From: Abditibacteriaceae bacterium
GTDB lineage: Bacteria; Armatimonadota; Abditibacteriia; Abditibacteriales; Abditibacteriaceae
Assembly: GCA_965277285.1 (NCBI GenBank)
Contig: OZ255721.1
Span: 2,080,001 to 2,144,000, forward strand
Direction of reading: 5' to 3'
Length of the DNA stretch: 64,000 nt
Part shown: one piece after another, positions 1 to 10,679 of the stretch
Layout: each line of letters starts with the position of its first letter
Numbering within the stretch: the stretch's first letter is position 1
Program-made: the position numbers and the translations under genes
Notes under the pieces: generated by a model
What the model saw: the letters and a program-made list of their open reading frames with translations, nothing else
The model's database searches: none
What the model was told of the DNA's origin: nothing

Positions 1-780
1 GACCAACTCGTGAACAACGCTGTCCAACTTTTCTTCGCGGATAATGGCTCGCATTTCTTCGGACAAAGCCTTGCCAGCCAGCACCAGATGCAAATCCGCA
101 CCTTTCGGTCTTTGTCGCAACGCCGCAAAAATCCTGATGACGCCGATGCGGTTCTTGGTTGGAGCATTGCGCCCGATATGAAAGACAAAGGAAGCGTCGG
201 CGATTCCAAGGTCTCGTAGAATGGGGCGTCGCTCTTCTTCAACCATCGGCGTATAAGGATAGAAAAGGCTGTCGTAGACAACCGTTGTCCTTTCCTGGGA
301 CACGTCGGACAGACGACAGACATCGCTGCGAGTCGCTTCAGAAATGCACACGATGTGTTGTGCGCCACTCAGCCCCTGACGAATTTTTTGTTGAAATATG
401 GCCGCAGTTCCACTCGTGTGCCACTCAGGTAGCTCGCCCAGAGAAGCTCTCATGGCGATAAGATCGTTGCACGTCACAAGGTGAGGCACGCCCTGCAAAT
501 GCTTGATATAAGGTGCCAAACCGTGATCAACGAGATGCACGACATCTGCCCATTCCAACTGCCGCCGCAGGGTCAGAGGGAAAAGCACAAGTTTGTCGAA
601 ATGCCCGAGCCACTTGCCAAAACCATGGGAAGCCTGCCCGACCAAACCAACGATGGCCTGAGGCGCGATAAGGCGCGTTTCAATGCCAGCCTCTTCGCAG
701 CCTTCGCGCAAAGCCCGCGCAAAGCCTATCAAACTATATTGTTGATCGCGCGGATAAGTGCCAACCAAGAGCAGTTTCAT
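1..780 (-). CDS. Glycosyltransferase family 4, 3' end truncated by the window edge
   Basis: My translation from the ATG at 780 reads MKLLLVGTYPRDQQYSLIGFARALREG...FDKLVLFPLTLRRQLEWADVVHLVDH. This is a GT-B/GT4-like N-terminus in the polysaccharide cluster; it is absent from the ORF track. Confidence 0.8.
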   Translation of the reverse strand, partial: MKLLLVGTYPRDQQYSLIGFARALREGCEEAGIETRLIAPQAIVGLVGQASHGFGKWLGHFDKLVLFPLTLRRQLEWADVVHLVDHGLAPYIKHLQGVPHLVTCNDLIAMRASLGELPEWHTSGTAAIFQQKIRQGLSGAQHIVCISEATRSDVCRLSDVSQERTTVVYDSLFYPYTPMVEEERRPILRDLGIADASFVFHIGRNAPTKNRIGVIRIFAALRQRPKGADLHLVLAGKALSEEMRAIIREEKLDSVVHELV

Positions 781-787
781 AATTGAT

Positions 788-1453
788 TTAAGCGACAAAG
801 CCGGTCGAACGTTTGAAATAGGCCAGTTCGGGATCCAGTTCGCGCAGACGGCGCGCGGGAACGCCACCATAAAGAATATGCGGTTCGGAATAAGCCTTGT
901 TGAGCAAAGATTTTGCGCCCAGAACCGAGTATGAAGGAAGAGCGCTGCCTCCCAGCAGCACAACGTTGGTTCCGACAAAGCAGTACTCGCCAACCGTGAC
1001 TGGCGCAGCCGATTGGCGGCATTGTTCCAAGTCAATGCTATGCGTCAATATCTGCGAACTAAACCCGGCGAAAGTCGCAAAGCGTCCTATGCGAACCGCT
1101 TCGGTACAATCGATGAAATGCCGATTGGTGATGGCCGCGTGCTCGCCAAGGACAAGAATGGGCTGGCGGTTCGTCAAATGCGAAAAATGCCTTGTCTGCG
1201 ACAAAGGATAACCCGTTATCCAATTGCCATTGCCAATCGTTCCATAAGTATCGATTTGTACAAGTTCAAGACCTTTGCAAATGGTGAAGTGACCTATTCG
1301 GGAGTAAGGCGCCATCTTGAGTTTGGTGGGCTGAATCCATGACAAACCGATCTTGCATGTGGAGTGAATTTCGTAGCCGAAAACGCGGCAGAGAAGCCAG
1401 CGGCGTAATGTCCACGGCAGGAACACGGTCAGCAAATAAGCAATTTTTTTCAT
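788..1453 (-). CDS. Left-handed beta-helix (hexapeptide) O-acetyltransferase
   Basis: Hexapeptide repeats, ILTHSID and GGVPAR motifs. Confidence 0.85.
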   Translation of the reverse strand: MKKIAYLLTVFLPWTLRRWLLCRVFGYEIHSTCKIGLSWIQPTKLKMAPYSRIGHFTICKGLELVQIDTYGTIGNGNWITGYPLSQTRHFSHLTNRQPILVLGEHAAITNRHFIDCTEAVRIGRFATFAGFSSQILTHSIDLEQCRQSAAPVTVGEYCFVGTNVVLLGGSALPSYSVLGAKSLLNKAYSEPHILYGGVPARRLRELDPELAYFKRSTGFVA

Positions 1454-1532
1454 GTCTGATTTGATTTTGCAGGAACAATGATAACAAGCAGAATGGAGCG
1501 CAGGCAGTGCGCGGTGTCAACATCGCACTTTG

Positions 1533-2834
1533 CTACGCCATTGTACTCGCAGAAGCTTGATTTTGAATTCCCGGTTGTACACGCATGGAGGCCAAGCACA
1601 ACCCGGTTATGAAGCAGGTAAAGCCAAGTGTTGTGGGCTGACCGAAAGAGCCAGTGAGCACCATAAGTGCACAAACAGCAAACATAAGGATCGGCAACAT
1701 ATTGTTGAGTTTGGCTTGTCGCACTGCATCCCATCCAACCTGAAATGTTAAGCAAGTCCTGAATAAGAGAAAGAGCGTTCCAAGGATGGGACCGCTTTCA
1801 AGAATAATGCGGCTCCATTCTTCCTCGGCCAATAAGAACTGAACTTGTCCCGTCAACAAGGAGGAACCAGCAGTCGTCCCCATTCCCAACCCAGCTCCGA
1901 AGAGCGGGCTGTTCCAAAGCAATGCAATGGGGTTTAAAAAGAAGCCGAGAAAACGGTCGAGGAAGCCTGTTGAGCCTCCCTCAGACCGACTGGCACCATC
2001 AACGCGTGCGCTGAAGACATAAAGAGCGTCTTGAAAAACTGGGACATTAAGAGCGATAAGCCACAACACGACAAGAATAGCTGCCACGCGCAAACCGCGC
2101 CAGGCCAATTGCGGCTGCAGGAAACAACTGGCGGCGATGCCCATAACAACAACAATAGCCACATTAGCGACCAGAGTCCGACTCCCAGAAACTGCTATCG
2201 CCAGGGTCAACCCTGCCCCCGCCAACAAAAGAAGCCATAAGGGGTAACGTCGCACATTGCTAAATTGGCTTTCCAACAAAAAGGCCGTCACCAGAGGATA
2301 AAAAGCGATTGGGCCAGAAATAAACGAGAAGGTTCCTGAAGAACGCACATGTCCCAACGCCGAACTAATCTGCACTGCGCCTTCACTGGCTCCAGCGTTC
2401 AACCACGAATTTGAGGGCGCCTGAAATTGCAGGGCCATCAAGAGCGCCATAGGAATCGAAGTCAGCAACGTCCAATACCCAAACTTTTGAACATCTCTAA
2501 AATCGAGTACTCGACCCATGATAAAAATCAAAGGCAAATGCAAAAAATTGGCGCGAAAGCCGTAAAGTGCCACAAAGACCGTATTGCCCGGCGCGAACAC
2601 GCCTGCCGCCAGAGACGCAAAAGCGATGATGACACCGCACAACATAAACCAATTTCTCGGAAAAATGCCGACCTGATAAGCATAAGCATAGACAAGCAAA
2701 ACGATTGGATCGCGCACAATTAATAACGGCGTGGCCAATGAAGGCAAAAGCCACTTGCGCAATGCGCCTTCTAACAACAACAACACAAAATAAACCCAGA
2801 TCAGCTTTTTGATATTTTCAATGCCTTTTACCAT
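1533..2834 (-). CDS. Polytopic membrane protein, probable Wzy polymerase / O-antigen ligase-like
   Basis: About 10-12 hydrophobic segments, R-x-x-GTF and SGSRT motifs, located in the polysaccharide cluster. Confidence 0.7.
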   Translation of the reverse strand: MVKGIENIKKLIWVYFVLLLLEGALRKWLLPSLATPLLIVRDPIVLLVYAYAYQVGIFPRNWFMLCGVIIAFASLAAGVFAPGNTVFVALYGFRANFLHLPLIFIMGRVLDFRDVQKFGYWTLLTSIPMALLMALQFQAPSNSWLNAGASEGAVQISSALGHVRSSGTFSFISGPIAFYPLVTAFLLESQFSNVRRYPLWLLLLAGAGLTLAIAVSGSRTLVANVAIVVVMGIAASCFLQPQLAWRGLRVAAILVVLWLIALNVPVFQDALYVFSARVDGASRSEGGSTGFLDRFLGFFLNPIALLWNSPLFGAGLGMGTTAGSSLLTGQVQFLLAEEEWSRIILESGPILGTLFLLFRTCLTFQVGWDAVRQAKLNNMLPILMFAVCALMVLTGSFGQPTTLGFTCFITGLCLASMRVQPGIQNQASASTMA

Positions 2835-2849
2835 GTCGAGTCTTTTCTA

Positions 2850-4097
2850 TTACCCGTTCTCTAAAGTTGAACGTACGATGCTGGCGATCTGGTCTTCATA
2901 ACGCTGCCAAGTATATTGTGCTGCTTTAAGAGTGGCACATTTTTTCATGCGCGGCAGTTGATCGCGGTGCGTCGCAAACCACTCAAGTTTTTCCGCTATC
3001 TTCTCGGGCGAGCGTATCGGCACCAGGAAACCTGTCTCGCCTTCCTCAATCAAATCTTGACCACCAGCGTTAGGCGTCACAACCAAAGGCAGTCCACACG
3101 CCATCGCTTCCTGTTGAACCAGGGCACGCCCTTCGACAATCGACGGCAGCACAAACACATCGCACGACCGCATCAAATCTAACACTTGCGCATGGGAACG
3201 CGGCGGCTCGTAAACAAAATCCGCATACTGATGCAAATACCATTCGAGAGAACAAAGTGGCGAACCCATCACGATTAGTTGCACATCACGTCGCTGCAAC
3301 AATTTCATCGCTGCGAAAATATCCGCTAAACCTTTGCGCTGAGTCATCGAACCCGCAAAAAGAACGCGCAATGGTTGAGAACTCTGGTCATGGCCATCAA
3401 ATGCAGCGGGTAAAAAGGGCACTGTGGGCGAACCAAATTCCGCGACGTAACATGCCTTAGTCGAACGCACTTGCTCTGGCAATGAATCGTAAACGAACTG
3501 GCTGGGCGTAATCACCACGTCAGCCATATTCAATTCTTCTGTTTTTCTTTGCCTCTTGTCTTCGCTGTCACGCGTTCCAACCAGCGTTGGCTCCCATTCA
3601 GGCCAGCGTTCGGCTTCCTCGCTTAAAAGATGCGAGCCGGTTTTCCAGTAGGCAATGGGCAAATCATAAAAACAACGTAGCCCTTGCGTTTTCGCGGCGC
3701 GGAATGTGTGCAACGCTCCGTCTTCATAACAATAAACTGCCGCCAAATCAGGAACATGGCTCAAACGTTGTGCGACCTTTGCGTCCAGTGCGTGATTTAC
3801 CGCATCCATCGAGCAGATTCCCGTTTCGTGAGTCGTAAGCGATTGAAGCCGAAGCCTGGGCGCGAACAAACGCACTGTTTCGCGCCACGGCATGGTCTTG
3901 ATCTTACTCTTGTCTACATTTGAAAAAGTGCGGCGCGCAAACTGTTGTTTCCACTTCGCAGGCAGGACGCGAGAGGCCAGGGAGTTCTCATTCCAAGCAA
4001 TGCACGTCCAAAACTCGGCGAGTAGTTGCGCTTCACTCAAAGATTGCAACACATGACGAACATTAGCGTTTCCGGTGGGATGAGCGAGAAGAATCAT
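2850..4097 (-). CDS. Glycosyltransferase family 4
   Basis: GT4 signature DVFVLPSIVEGRALVQQEAMACGLP. Start placed at MILLAHPTGN. Confidence 0.9.
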   Translation of the reverse strand: MILLAHPTGNANVRHVLQSLSEAQLLAEFWTCIAWNENSLASRVLPAKWKQQFARRTFSNVDKSKIKTMPWRETVRLFAPRLRLQSLTTHETGICSMDAVNHALDAKVAQRLSHVPDLAAVYCYEDGALHTFRAAKTQGLRCFYDLPIAYWKTGSHLLSEEAERWPEWEPTLVGTRDSEDKRQRKTEELNMADVVITPSQFVYDSLPEQVRSTKACYVAEFGSPTVPFLPAAFDGHDQSSQPLRVLFAGSMTQRKGLADIFAAMKLLQRRDVQLIVMGSPLCSLEWYLHQYADFVYEPPRSHAQVLDLMRSCDVFVLPSIVEGRALVQQEAMACGLPLVVTPNAGGQDLIEEGETGFLVPIRSPEKIAEKLEWFATHRDQLPRMKKCATLKAAQYTWQRYEDQIASIVRSTLENG

Positions 4098-4254
4098 TGT
4101 AGAGCTTCTACAAAAACTGAGCAATTAAGAATAAGTGATTGGCCTGACATTTTTCTACAAATAGTTCTACAAGTCGTCTCATAAATCACTCTCCAAACTC
4201 CCACTTTCGAGTACTCGATTGTATTTATAAGATAGCTTTTAACAACAACTTCCG

Positions 4255-4920
4255 TTACGCATCGTTGGCTTGACTTTGGGTTTGCTCCGCGATGGAGCGA
4301 CGCTCACGCACTTCTTTGCCCAGCCAGGCATCTTGAAACGAGAGGAACTGAACGGGATTATAAGAAAGTTCCCGCACACGGACATTTTCTCGGACGACAG
4401 CCGGGTTTCCGCTGGCGATTGCGTAAGGAGGCACATCCTTCGTAACGACACAAGCTGCCCCAACGACCGCGCCGCGCCCTATTTTAACGCCGGGAAGAAT
4501 CGTGGCGCCGGTCGCTATCCACGCGAAATCATCGACTTTTATAGGTTTGAGAATGTGTCGCCACAGCGGATCGCGCACATCATGACTGCCCGTCAACATC
4601 GTGACGCCATCGTTGATGCAGACACAAGCACCAATTTCTAAAGTATCGTGCAGCATCAGCGTGGCGCGTCCAATGAAAGTCGATTGACCGACCGTCAAGT
4701 GACTCAAACGTCCTTCCGCCTTGACCTTACCGATACAAGCGTCCGGCGCAATCGATGCACCGCGCATCGTTAGTCGCTGACGGTTCGCGCTAACGCTTAA
4801 CAAAGTCGGGAAAGTTAAAGCCCGCTTAGCCCAAGTTTTGAAGAATTCGTAAGAACCGAAAGGCGGGCGCGAGCGGTTTTTCCAAAGGTAAAAAAACATT
4901 GTTGCAAAAGACGTTGCCAC
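4255..4920 (-). CDS. Hexapeptide-repeat O-acetyltransferase
   Basis: WIATGATILPGVKIGRGAVVGAACVVTKDVPPYAIASGNPA. Confidence 0.9.
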   Translation of the reverse strand: MATSFATMFFYLWKNRSRPPFGSYEFFKTWAKRALTFPTLLSVSANRQRLTMRGASIAPDACIGKVKAEGRLSHLTVGQSTFIGRATLMLHDTLEIGACVCINDGVTMLTGSHDVRDPLWRHILKPIKVDDFAWIATGATILPGVKIGRGAVVGAACVVTKDVPPYAIASGNPAVVRENVRVRELSYNPVQFLSFQDAWLGKEVRERRSIAEQTQSQANDA

Positions 4921-4925
4921 GACAG

Positions 4926-6101
4926 CTACACCACAGACGAACCCAAAGCTTCAAGAAATTGACGCGCGATCTGTGGCAGCCTGTGTTCGGGTTCCCGCCG
5001 GATGATTCCTGAAATCAATTTGCCCTGCAACGTGTCATCGAGTTTGTGCAAAAGTGGTTCAGCAGCCTCGTCCGTCGGGTTTTCGCGGCGCGAATGCCAA
5101 TCATCGCGGTTGACAATAACCGGCAAGCCGTGTTCTGTCATGGCCGCCGCCACACCACTTTTCCCAATTAATCCATAAGGCGCGGCAGCGATTCCGAAGT
5201 CCAAAAACTGAAGATATTGCGAGACTTTATCGACAGGTCGCTCGCCCAGTTTTAGGAAATGGAAGCGATTCGAGTACTCGATTGCCAGGAGCTTCCAATA
5301 ATCTTCATCGCCCACGCGACCTACTGAAGCGATAAGGACCTGGCGATTGTTGTGTTGCGCTGCCTGATAAATATAACTCAACAAAGGTTCGGCAGGCCAA
5401 GCCGGAGAAAGCGATCCAAAAAAACCGAACGTCCACCATTCGTTTCTGTTAGCTTCGGTTAACTCGATGTTCGTTTTCTCAAACTCTTCATACAACCATT
5501 GTGCGTCCGATGGAACAATCGGGATATTTCCAAACAACGGCAGCAAGTCGGCATCGATGCCGCTTTGTGCTAACAGATGGATGTAAGTACAGATGCTGGT
5601 GTGCACAACCGAAGGATTGAGGCGCCGTGTCAGTTGAAGGATGAAATGCTTCTGCGCTTTTCCAATCATCCATTCTTTACGCTGCGCTTTTGTATGATCG
5701 CCAATCCACAACTCGTGAAACATAACGTGGACGCGCCGTTTTTCAAGTAACGGGCGCAAGTGCGCCGCCAGGTTATACACGATTCCTTTGCTTTGAAACG
5801 CATAAGACACAAACTGCAGACTCACCCAATCGGGATCGAACGTTTCCAAAAACTTCTTCGCCAGCAGCGTTTTTTCGCGCCAGGGAATCTGCTGCGACAA
5901 GCGCATGGTTTCGATGTTCGTTCCTCGTGCGCCGTCCAAGGTTTCGCTTACAGGTTCGGTTGACTTCAACCAGCGGTCGTTCAAGGCCAGCAAGGCACAG
6001 GAATGACCTTGTCGCACGCATTCCTGCGCCAGAGCGCGCGTGTAATCGCCGACGCCATCGCGTCCGGCTTCCAGGCTTCCCACAATAAACGCGATTTTCA
6101 T
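4926..6101 (-). CDS. Glycosyltransferase (GT-B fold)
   Basis: MKIAFIVGSLEAGRDGVGDYT N-terminus, VMFHELW and GKSGVAAAMTEHGLPV motifs. Confidence 0.75.
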   Translation of the reverse strand: MKIAFIVGSLEAGRDGVGDYTRALAQECVRQGHSCALLALNDRWLKSTEPVSETLDGARGTNIETMRLSQQIPWREKTLLAKKFLETFDPDWVSLQFVSYAFQSKGIVYNLAAHLRPLLEKRRVHVMFHELWIGDHTKAQRKEWMIGKAQKHFILQLTRRLNPSVVHTSICTYIHLLAQSGIDADLLPLFGNIPIVPSDAQWLYEEFEKTNIELTEANRNEWWTFGFFGSLSPAWPAEPLLSYIYQAAQHNNRQVLIASVGRVGDEDYWKLLAIEYSNRFHFLKLGERPVDKVSQYLQFLDFGIAAAPYGLIGKSGVAAAMTEHGLPVIVNRDDWHSRRENPTDEAAEPLLHKLDDTLQGKLISGIIRREPEHRLPQIARQFLEALGSSVV

Positions 6102-6133
6102 GCAGTTTCTGAGTGCTTCAATGTCACAGTTTT

Positions 6134-6718
6134 TCAATCTCGCTGCCCGATTTTGTGCGCCGGTACGCCGCCCCATATTTCGTTGGCTGGAATCGACTTG
6201 GTGCAAACGGCGCCCGCACCAACTACCGCGCCTGTGCCAATCGTCACGCCCTTGAGAACAACGACATTAACGCCCAACCAGACGTTTTCCATTAAACGGA
6301 TCGGTTCTTCCGCTCCAAGTTGTTCCCGCATCGGACGGTTCAAATCGGCGATACCATGATCGTGGTCGATGAACTTGCAACCCGAAGCGATCAGACAATT
6401 ATCGCCGATCTCGATTTTCTGGCGGATGTTGAACTCGCAGCCGTTGCCCAGAAACACGTTGTTCCCTACCATGATGGACGGGCCTGGACACCAAAGCCCA
6501 TCAAACTTGAAGTGGATGTTACATTCCAGCAGGCAATTTTTGCCAATCGCCAACTGGTGCGGCCACGTTATTTTCAAGTGCGGCAGCACGGTTCCAGTGC
6601 CAATGGACGCGCCTTGCAAGCGCAACAAAAACTTGCGCGTCGGTGATTTTGCGAGCGCCTGTACTCTTTCGCGCCCACGAAAGCACGCTTTTTGGAAAAG
6701 TTTCCGATCATTCGCCAT
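6134..6718 (-). CDS. Hexapeptide-repeat acyltransferase
   Basis: FIDHDHG, VWLGVNVVVLKGVTIGTGAVVGAGAV and GGVPA motifs. Confidence 0.9.
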   Translation of the reverse strand: MANDRKLFQKACFRGRERVQALAKSPTRKFLLRLQGASIGTGTVLPHLKITWPHQLAIGKNCLLECNIHFKFDGLWCPGPSIMVGNNVFLGNGCEFNIRQKIEIGDNCLIASGCKFIDHDHGIADLNRPMREQLGAEEPIRLMENVWLGVNVVVLKGVTIGTGAVVGAGAVCTKSIPANEIWGGVPAHKIGQRD

Positions 6719-6919
6719 AAGAGTTTTAAGCCATAAAGTTCGGCAACGCTCCGGCACAACCCCGCCATTTCATTAGAAAATCTTACATTTCTAAAGAAGT
6801 AGAGCCGCTACAAGTAACATCGAGTACTCGATTCCACAATGCTATAAACGAATCAGAACGATTGGACAATGTTTGTTGCCGTGTCGCCGTCCTCTGATAG
6901 CACTGACGAAAACAAGATT

Positions 6920-8182
6920 TCACGAGGCTCGGAGCTTTGGCTTTGAAGACATGAAAGGACGTTCAAAGCAAACATGAAAACCGTAAGCAAACAACACGCA
7001 CAAAGGCAACGTAAAAATATACAGGGTCACGAAAACTAGGGAAGGCGAAAGGTGCAGGGCTTTATTGATGCCATCCATCAAAGCGAGCACCAAAGAATGA
7101 ATGAGATACAAACTGTAAGAGAAAGTGCCGATCTTTACAAGCGCGGGCAGCCGTAAAATACGCAACAAAAGCGGATGCTGCGCGCTCTCTTTCGATCCTT
7201 GTTCAACGCAATAGACGAGCAGGCAAACAGCGGCCAATCCGACCAGAATGTCGAGGTTCCATTCGTAACCCAACACGTAGTGGCGCAATGGTTGGAGCAG
7301 AGATATTCTCTCAAATCGCTTATTTTCCAGAGTCGATAAAACGACGATGAGCGAGGAAAGAAACCAGAAAACAGAGAGGAAGGGGAACTTTTCTCGAACG
7401 GCCAAATACGCGTCCGTTTTTCGATGGAAGCAAACCTCAGATGCCAGCATCCCGAAGACAAACAGGCCGATATACCACGGATAGGTTTTGTCCGTGGCAG
7501 GCCCGATCAGAAAATGGGGCGCCAATCCCAGAACAAATCCCAAAAGCAATGTCCATCCGATGCCCCAGCGCCGTTTGACGAACAGGAAAAGCGGAAACAG
7601 AAAGTAGATTTGCCACTCGACAGCAATACTCCACAACGGCGTGTTGATTTTCCACAGATACGGCGTAAGATTATGCACCAAAAACAAATGCGACACAACG
7701 GCGCCAAAACTGAAAGAGGGAAGCGTTTCTCCCCAATATCCCTTACTGTGCCGCAAAGCCGGTACGCTGGCCGTCAACAGAAGTGACAAGGCTAAAGCGG
7801 CATAATACGGCGGAAGAATGCGGCGGCTTCTCCGTTTGAAATAATCCGCCGTTCCTTTTGGCAATACGTTACCGCCAGCACGCGCCACAGGCAGCATTAG
7901 GCAGAAACCCGATAAAACGATGAACACATCGACCGCATAATGCCCGAAACGAAAAACTATAAAGAACAGGAAGAATTGGATTTTATTCAACAGTCCTGAA
8001 AGATGCAAAGCTCCATTGGTGACGTTATATTGGATGTTTACGCTGCAATGCCCAACAGTCACATACAAGGCGGCTAAAGCGCGAATGCCATCGAGAAACT
8101 GAAAATGTACTTTTGGTGCTGCAGATGGAGTTGCTGGAGCAGGTGCAGAAACGACATCAACGGTTGGAATTATAGGTGTCAT
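6920..8182 (-). CDS. Acyltransferase-3 (OafA-like) membrane O-acyltransferase
   Basis: LDGIRALAA, FIVLSGF, RRSRRILPPY, WSIAVEWQIY, SYSLYLIH and ERPF motifs. Start placed at MTPIIP. Confidence 0.9.
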   Translation of the reverse strand: MTPIIPTVDVVSAPAPATPSAAPKVHFQFLDGIRALAALYVTVGHCSVNIQYNVTNGALHLSGLLNKIQFFLFFIVFRFGHYAVDVFIVLSGFCLMLPVARAGGNVLPKGTADYFKRRSRRILPPYYAALALSLLLTASVPALRHSKGYWGETLPSFSFGAVVSHLFLVHNLTPYLWKINTPLWSIAVEWQIYFLFPLFLFVKRRWGIGWTLLLGFVLGLAPHFLIGPATDKTYPWYIGLFVFGMLASEVCFHRKTDAYLAVREKFPFLSVFWFLSSLIVVLSTLENKRFERISLLQPLRHYVLGYEWNLDILVGLAAVCLLVYCVEQGSKESAQHPLLLRILRLPALVKIGTFSYSLYLIHSLVLALMDGINKALHLSPSLVFVTLYIFTLPLCVLFAYGFHVCFERPFMSSKPKLRAS

Positions 8183-8279
8183 AAAGGCTGGATAAGATAC
8201 ACGATTTTCTGTAGCGGAGGAATGAAGTTCAAGAGCATTCAACCTGCATAGAACTTTAGGATTTTCCTCTTGAGGCTCT

Positions 8280-9143
8280 TCAACGTTGATCCGGTAGTTC
8301 TTTGGAGGTTTGAGCAAACTCATCGGTGGGGCGTTGAAACAAAATCGCCATGCCAGTACACATTTTTGTTCGCAGAGGCTTTGGCAAGCGGCAGGTTGCG
8401 TTTTCTACCAGTTGCACGGCTCCTCGTGGCAGCACTTTTAAGAGCGCCTCGGTCTTCACATGACCGTTCGTTAGCGGGTTCGTATAAAGGTCGACGTCAA
8501 GAACGCGCAAATTGGCCTGTCTGGCGAGAGCCTCGAGTTCGTCCTGATGCAGCAGAAAGATGTGCCCGTCAGCGTTGGGTTTGAACTGCACATCCTCGAA
8601 CTGCGAAGGATCGGCGCATTCAGAAAATTTCGGCAGCTTATTTAGGAAATAGCCGCCGTTGGGTGTCGTCATCACTATGTAACCACCAGGTTTAGTCAAG
8701 TGGCTAATCTTCGCCAAGAACTCGTCAGGGTGAGCAACATGTTCGATGATCTCAGTGATCAAGACCACATCGAAAAGGGATGCAAAACCAAGATCAAAAA
8801 CATTACCAGGAGCAAAGTTGAGGTTTCCACGCTCATATTTCATTTTGACATAATCAACTAATTCCCCACGCAAATCGTTCCACGTCACATCATATCCCAG
8901 TTCAGCTAAGGCAAGGCTAAAATTTCCTTGAGCGGCAGCGACATCCAAGATTTTCGATCCGGGAGAAGCAATGCTTTTTACAAGTTCCAAAGTGTGCTTA
9001 CGACGGTTATCGTATGCGTAAGCGTAACCCAAATGCTCCGGTTGATTATAAATCTCAGCCAAATCGTAAGGGTAGCTTTCTTTCCAGCTCTGAGGCCAGT
9101 CAGCCTGAGGACGAACTTTTTTCATATTCCTCCTTTGCATCAA
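8280..9143 (-). CDS. Class I SAM-dependent methyltransferase
   Basis: ILDVAAAQG, FDVVLITEIIEHV and KPGGYIVMTTPN motifs. Confidence 0.85.
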   Translation of the reverse strand: MMQRRNMKKVRPQADWPQSWKESYPYDLAEIYNQPEHLGYAYAYDNRRKHTLELVKSIASPGSKILDVAAAQGNFSLALAELGYDVTWNDLRGELVDYVKMKYERGNLNFAPGNVFDLGFASLFDVVLITEIIEHVAHPDEFLAKISHLTKPGGYIVMTTPNGGYFLNKLPKFSECADPSQFEDVQFKPNADGHIFLLHQDELEALARQANLRVLDVDLYTNPLTNGHVKTEALLKVLPRGAVQLVENATCRLPKPLRTKMCTGMAILFQRPTDEFAQTSKELPDQR

Positions 9144-9170
9144 CGTATCATCTCAAGTCGAACGCGCTTG

Positions 9171-9752
9171 CTAAAAGAATAAACGGCAATAATGTGCGTT
9201 GTAAGTGAGGTCCTCAAAACGAGCAGCTATGGGTTTGGCTGGAACCCCGGCAACAATAGTGAAAGCGGGAACATCTTTGGTAACTACCGCGCCTGCTGCT
9301 ACAACAGCGCCTTTACTTATGGTAACACCAGGCAAGATCATCGCACGGGTACCAATGAATACATAGTCCTCAATTGAAACTGCCGAGTTCCGTCCTGCAA
9401 AAACCGGACTTTGCAGATCGTGGTCTGCAGTTAATATGCAAACTTCGGCAGAAATCGATACATTATCACCTATTGTAATTCCGCCACGGTTATCTAAGCG
9501 GCACTTTTGATTGATTACGCTATTCGTGCCTACTTCGAAGTTAAATTTGCAATCAAAGGAAGCGTCCATAAAAATCGTACTATTATTTCCAATCCTGAAA
9601 TGCAAACAGTGCCGATAAAAGAACAAACGCACAGTATGAGAAGGAACTCGCGCAATGATTCTGTTAGTAATGTATAGTAAGCCGTCAAAATGCACTCTAC
9701 TTAGATAAGAAATAACTTGCATAGGTACCCCAACACGCGAAGGTGAAATCAA
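9171..9752 (-). CDS. Hexapeptide-repeat O-acetyltransferase
   Basis: ILTADHD and [42 protein letters not shown]. Confidence 0.9.
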   Translation of the reverse strand: MISPSRVGVPMQVISYLSRVHFDGLLYITNRIIARVPSHTVRLFFYRHCLHFRIGNNSTIFMDASFDCKFNFEVGTNSVINQKCRLDNRGGITIGDNVSISAEVCILTADHDLQSPVFAGRNSAVSIEDYVFIGTRAMILPGVTISKGAVVAAGAVVTKDVPAFTIVAGVPAKPIAARFEDLTYNAHYCRLFF

Positions 9753-9756
9753 GCAA

Positions 9757-10560
9757 CTAACGTTTTCTTAATTTCCGATACCGATGAAGTAGGTACGGGA
9801 TTCCGATCAGCATAGGATATTTGACAAGAGCCATTCGATGCCCTATTGTACTACCTGCTGGAGGCACCTTCCAATTTTCATTTTCATGCCCAAATAGTTT
9901 CTTCCATTCCTGTTCTGCCTCTTCTCTACCGATATGAGCAATAGTTGAGCTCTTGTTATCAGCATAACAACGGAAGCAACCCAAGTATGAATTCAGCTTC
10001 AGAAATTTTCCATGCTGATACATACGACAGAAGAACTCCAAATCCATTGCAAACTTCAGATCGGTTTTTAGCAACCCGACTTGATCCATTGCTTCTCTGC
10101 GCCAAAATGCCGTTTCTGAGCATATGGTAAATCCATGTTTTCGTGGATTAAAGGCTGGCAAAAAACCCCATCCCACAGTGTTCCCCGCGCGATCCATAAG
10201 AATGCGATCTCCGTGAACTACAATGCAATCAGGATGTTTTACAAACGCTTTTTTAACCTTGTTAAATGAGCCTTTTAAGTAAATGTCGTCACTGTTTATC
10301 CATCCAAGAAATTCCCCAGAGCTTTGCAGAATTCCTTTATTGATAGCGTCAGTTTGCCCGGCGTCTTTTTCGGAGACCCAGTATTTTAAGTGCTTCTCAT
10401 ATCTTTTTATGATTTCGACTGAATTGTCAGTGCTACCCCCATCGATAACGATGTACTCAAGATTTGGGTAGCCTTGATCGAGAACTGATTTGATGGTTTC
10501 TTCCAAAAACTCACCTTGGTTATAACTGGGAGTTATTATAGATAGCTTTGGGTATTGCAT
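9757..10560 (-). CDS. Glycosyltransferase family 2
   Basis: [17 protein letters not shown] and WINSDD motifs. Confidence 0.93.
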   Translation of the reverse strand: MQYPKLSIITPSYNQGEFLEETIKSVLDQGYPNLEYIVIDGGSTDNSVEIIKRYEKHLKYWVSEKDAGQTDAINKGILQSSGEFLGWINSDDIYLKGSFNKVKKAFVKHPDCIVVHGDRILMDRAGNTVGWGFLPAFNPRKHGFTICSETAFWRREAMDQVGLLKTDLKFAMDLEFFCRMYQHGKFLKLNSYLGCFRCYADNKSSTIAHIGREEAEQEWKKLFGHENENWKVPPAGSTIGHRMALVKYPMLIGIPYLLHRYRKLRKR

Positions 10561-10679
10561 GAGTTAATCCTATGTGCACGCTCTAACTTGTCCTTATTTT
10601 CAACGATTAAGCGCCAAACAATAATGTGTATACAATTTCACCTATCTTCCAAACCGTAATAGAACGATGTCTTTTACTT

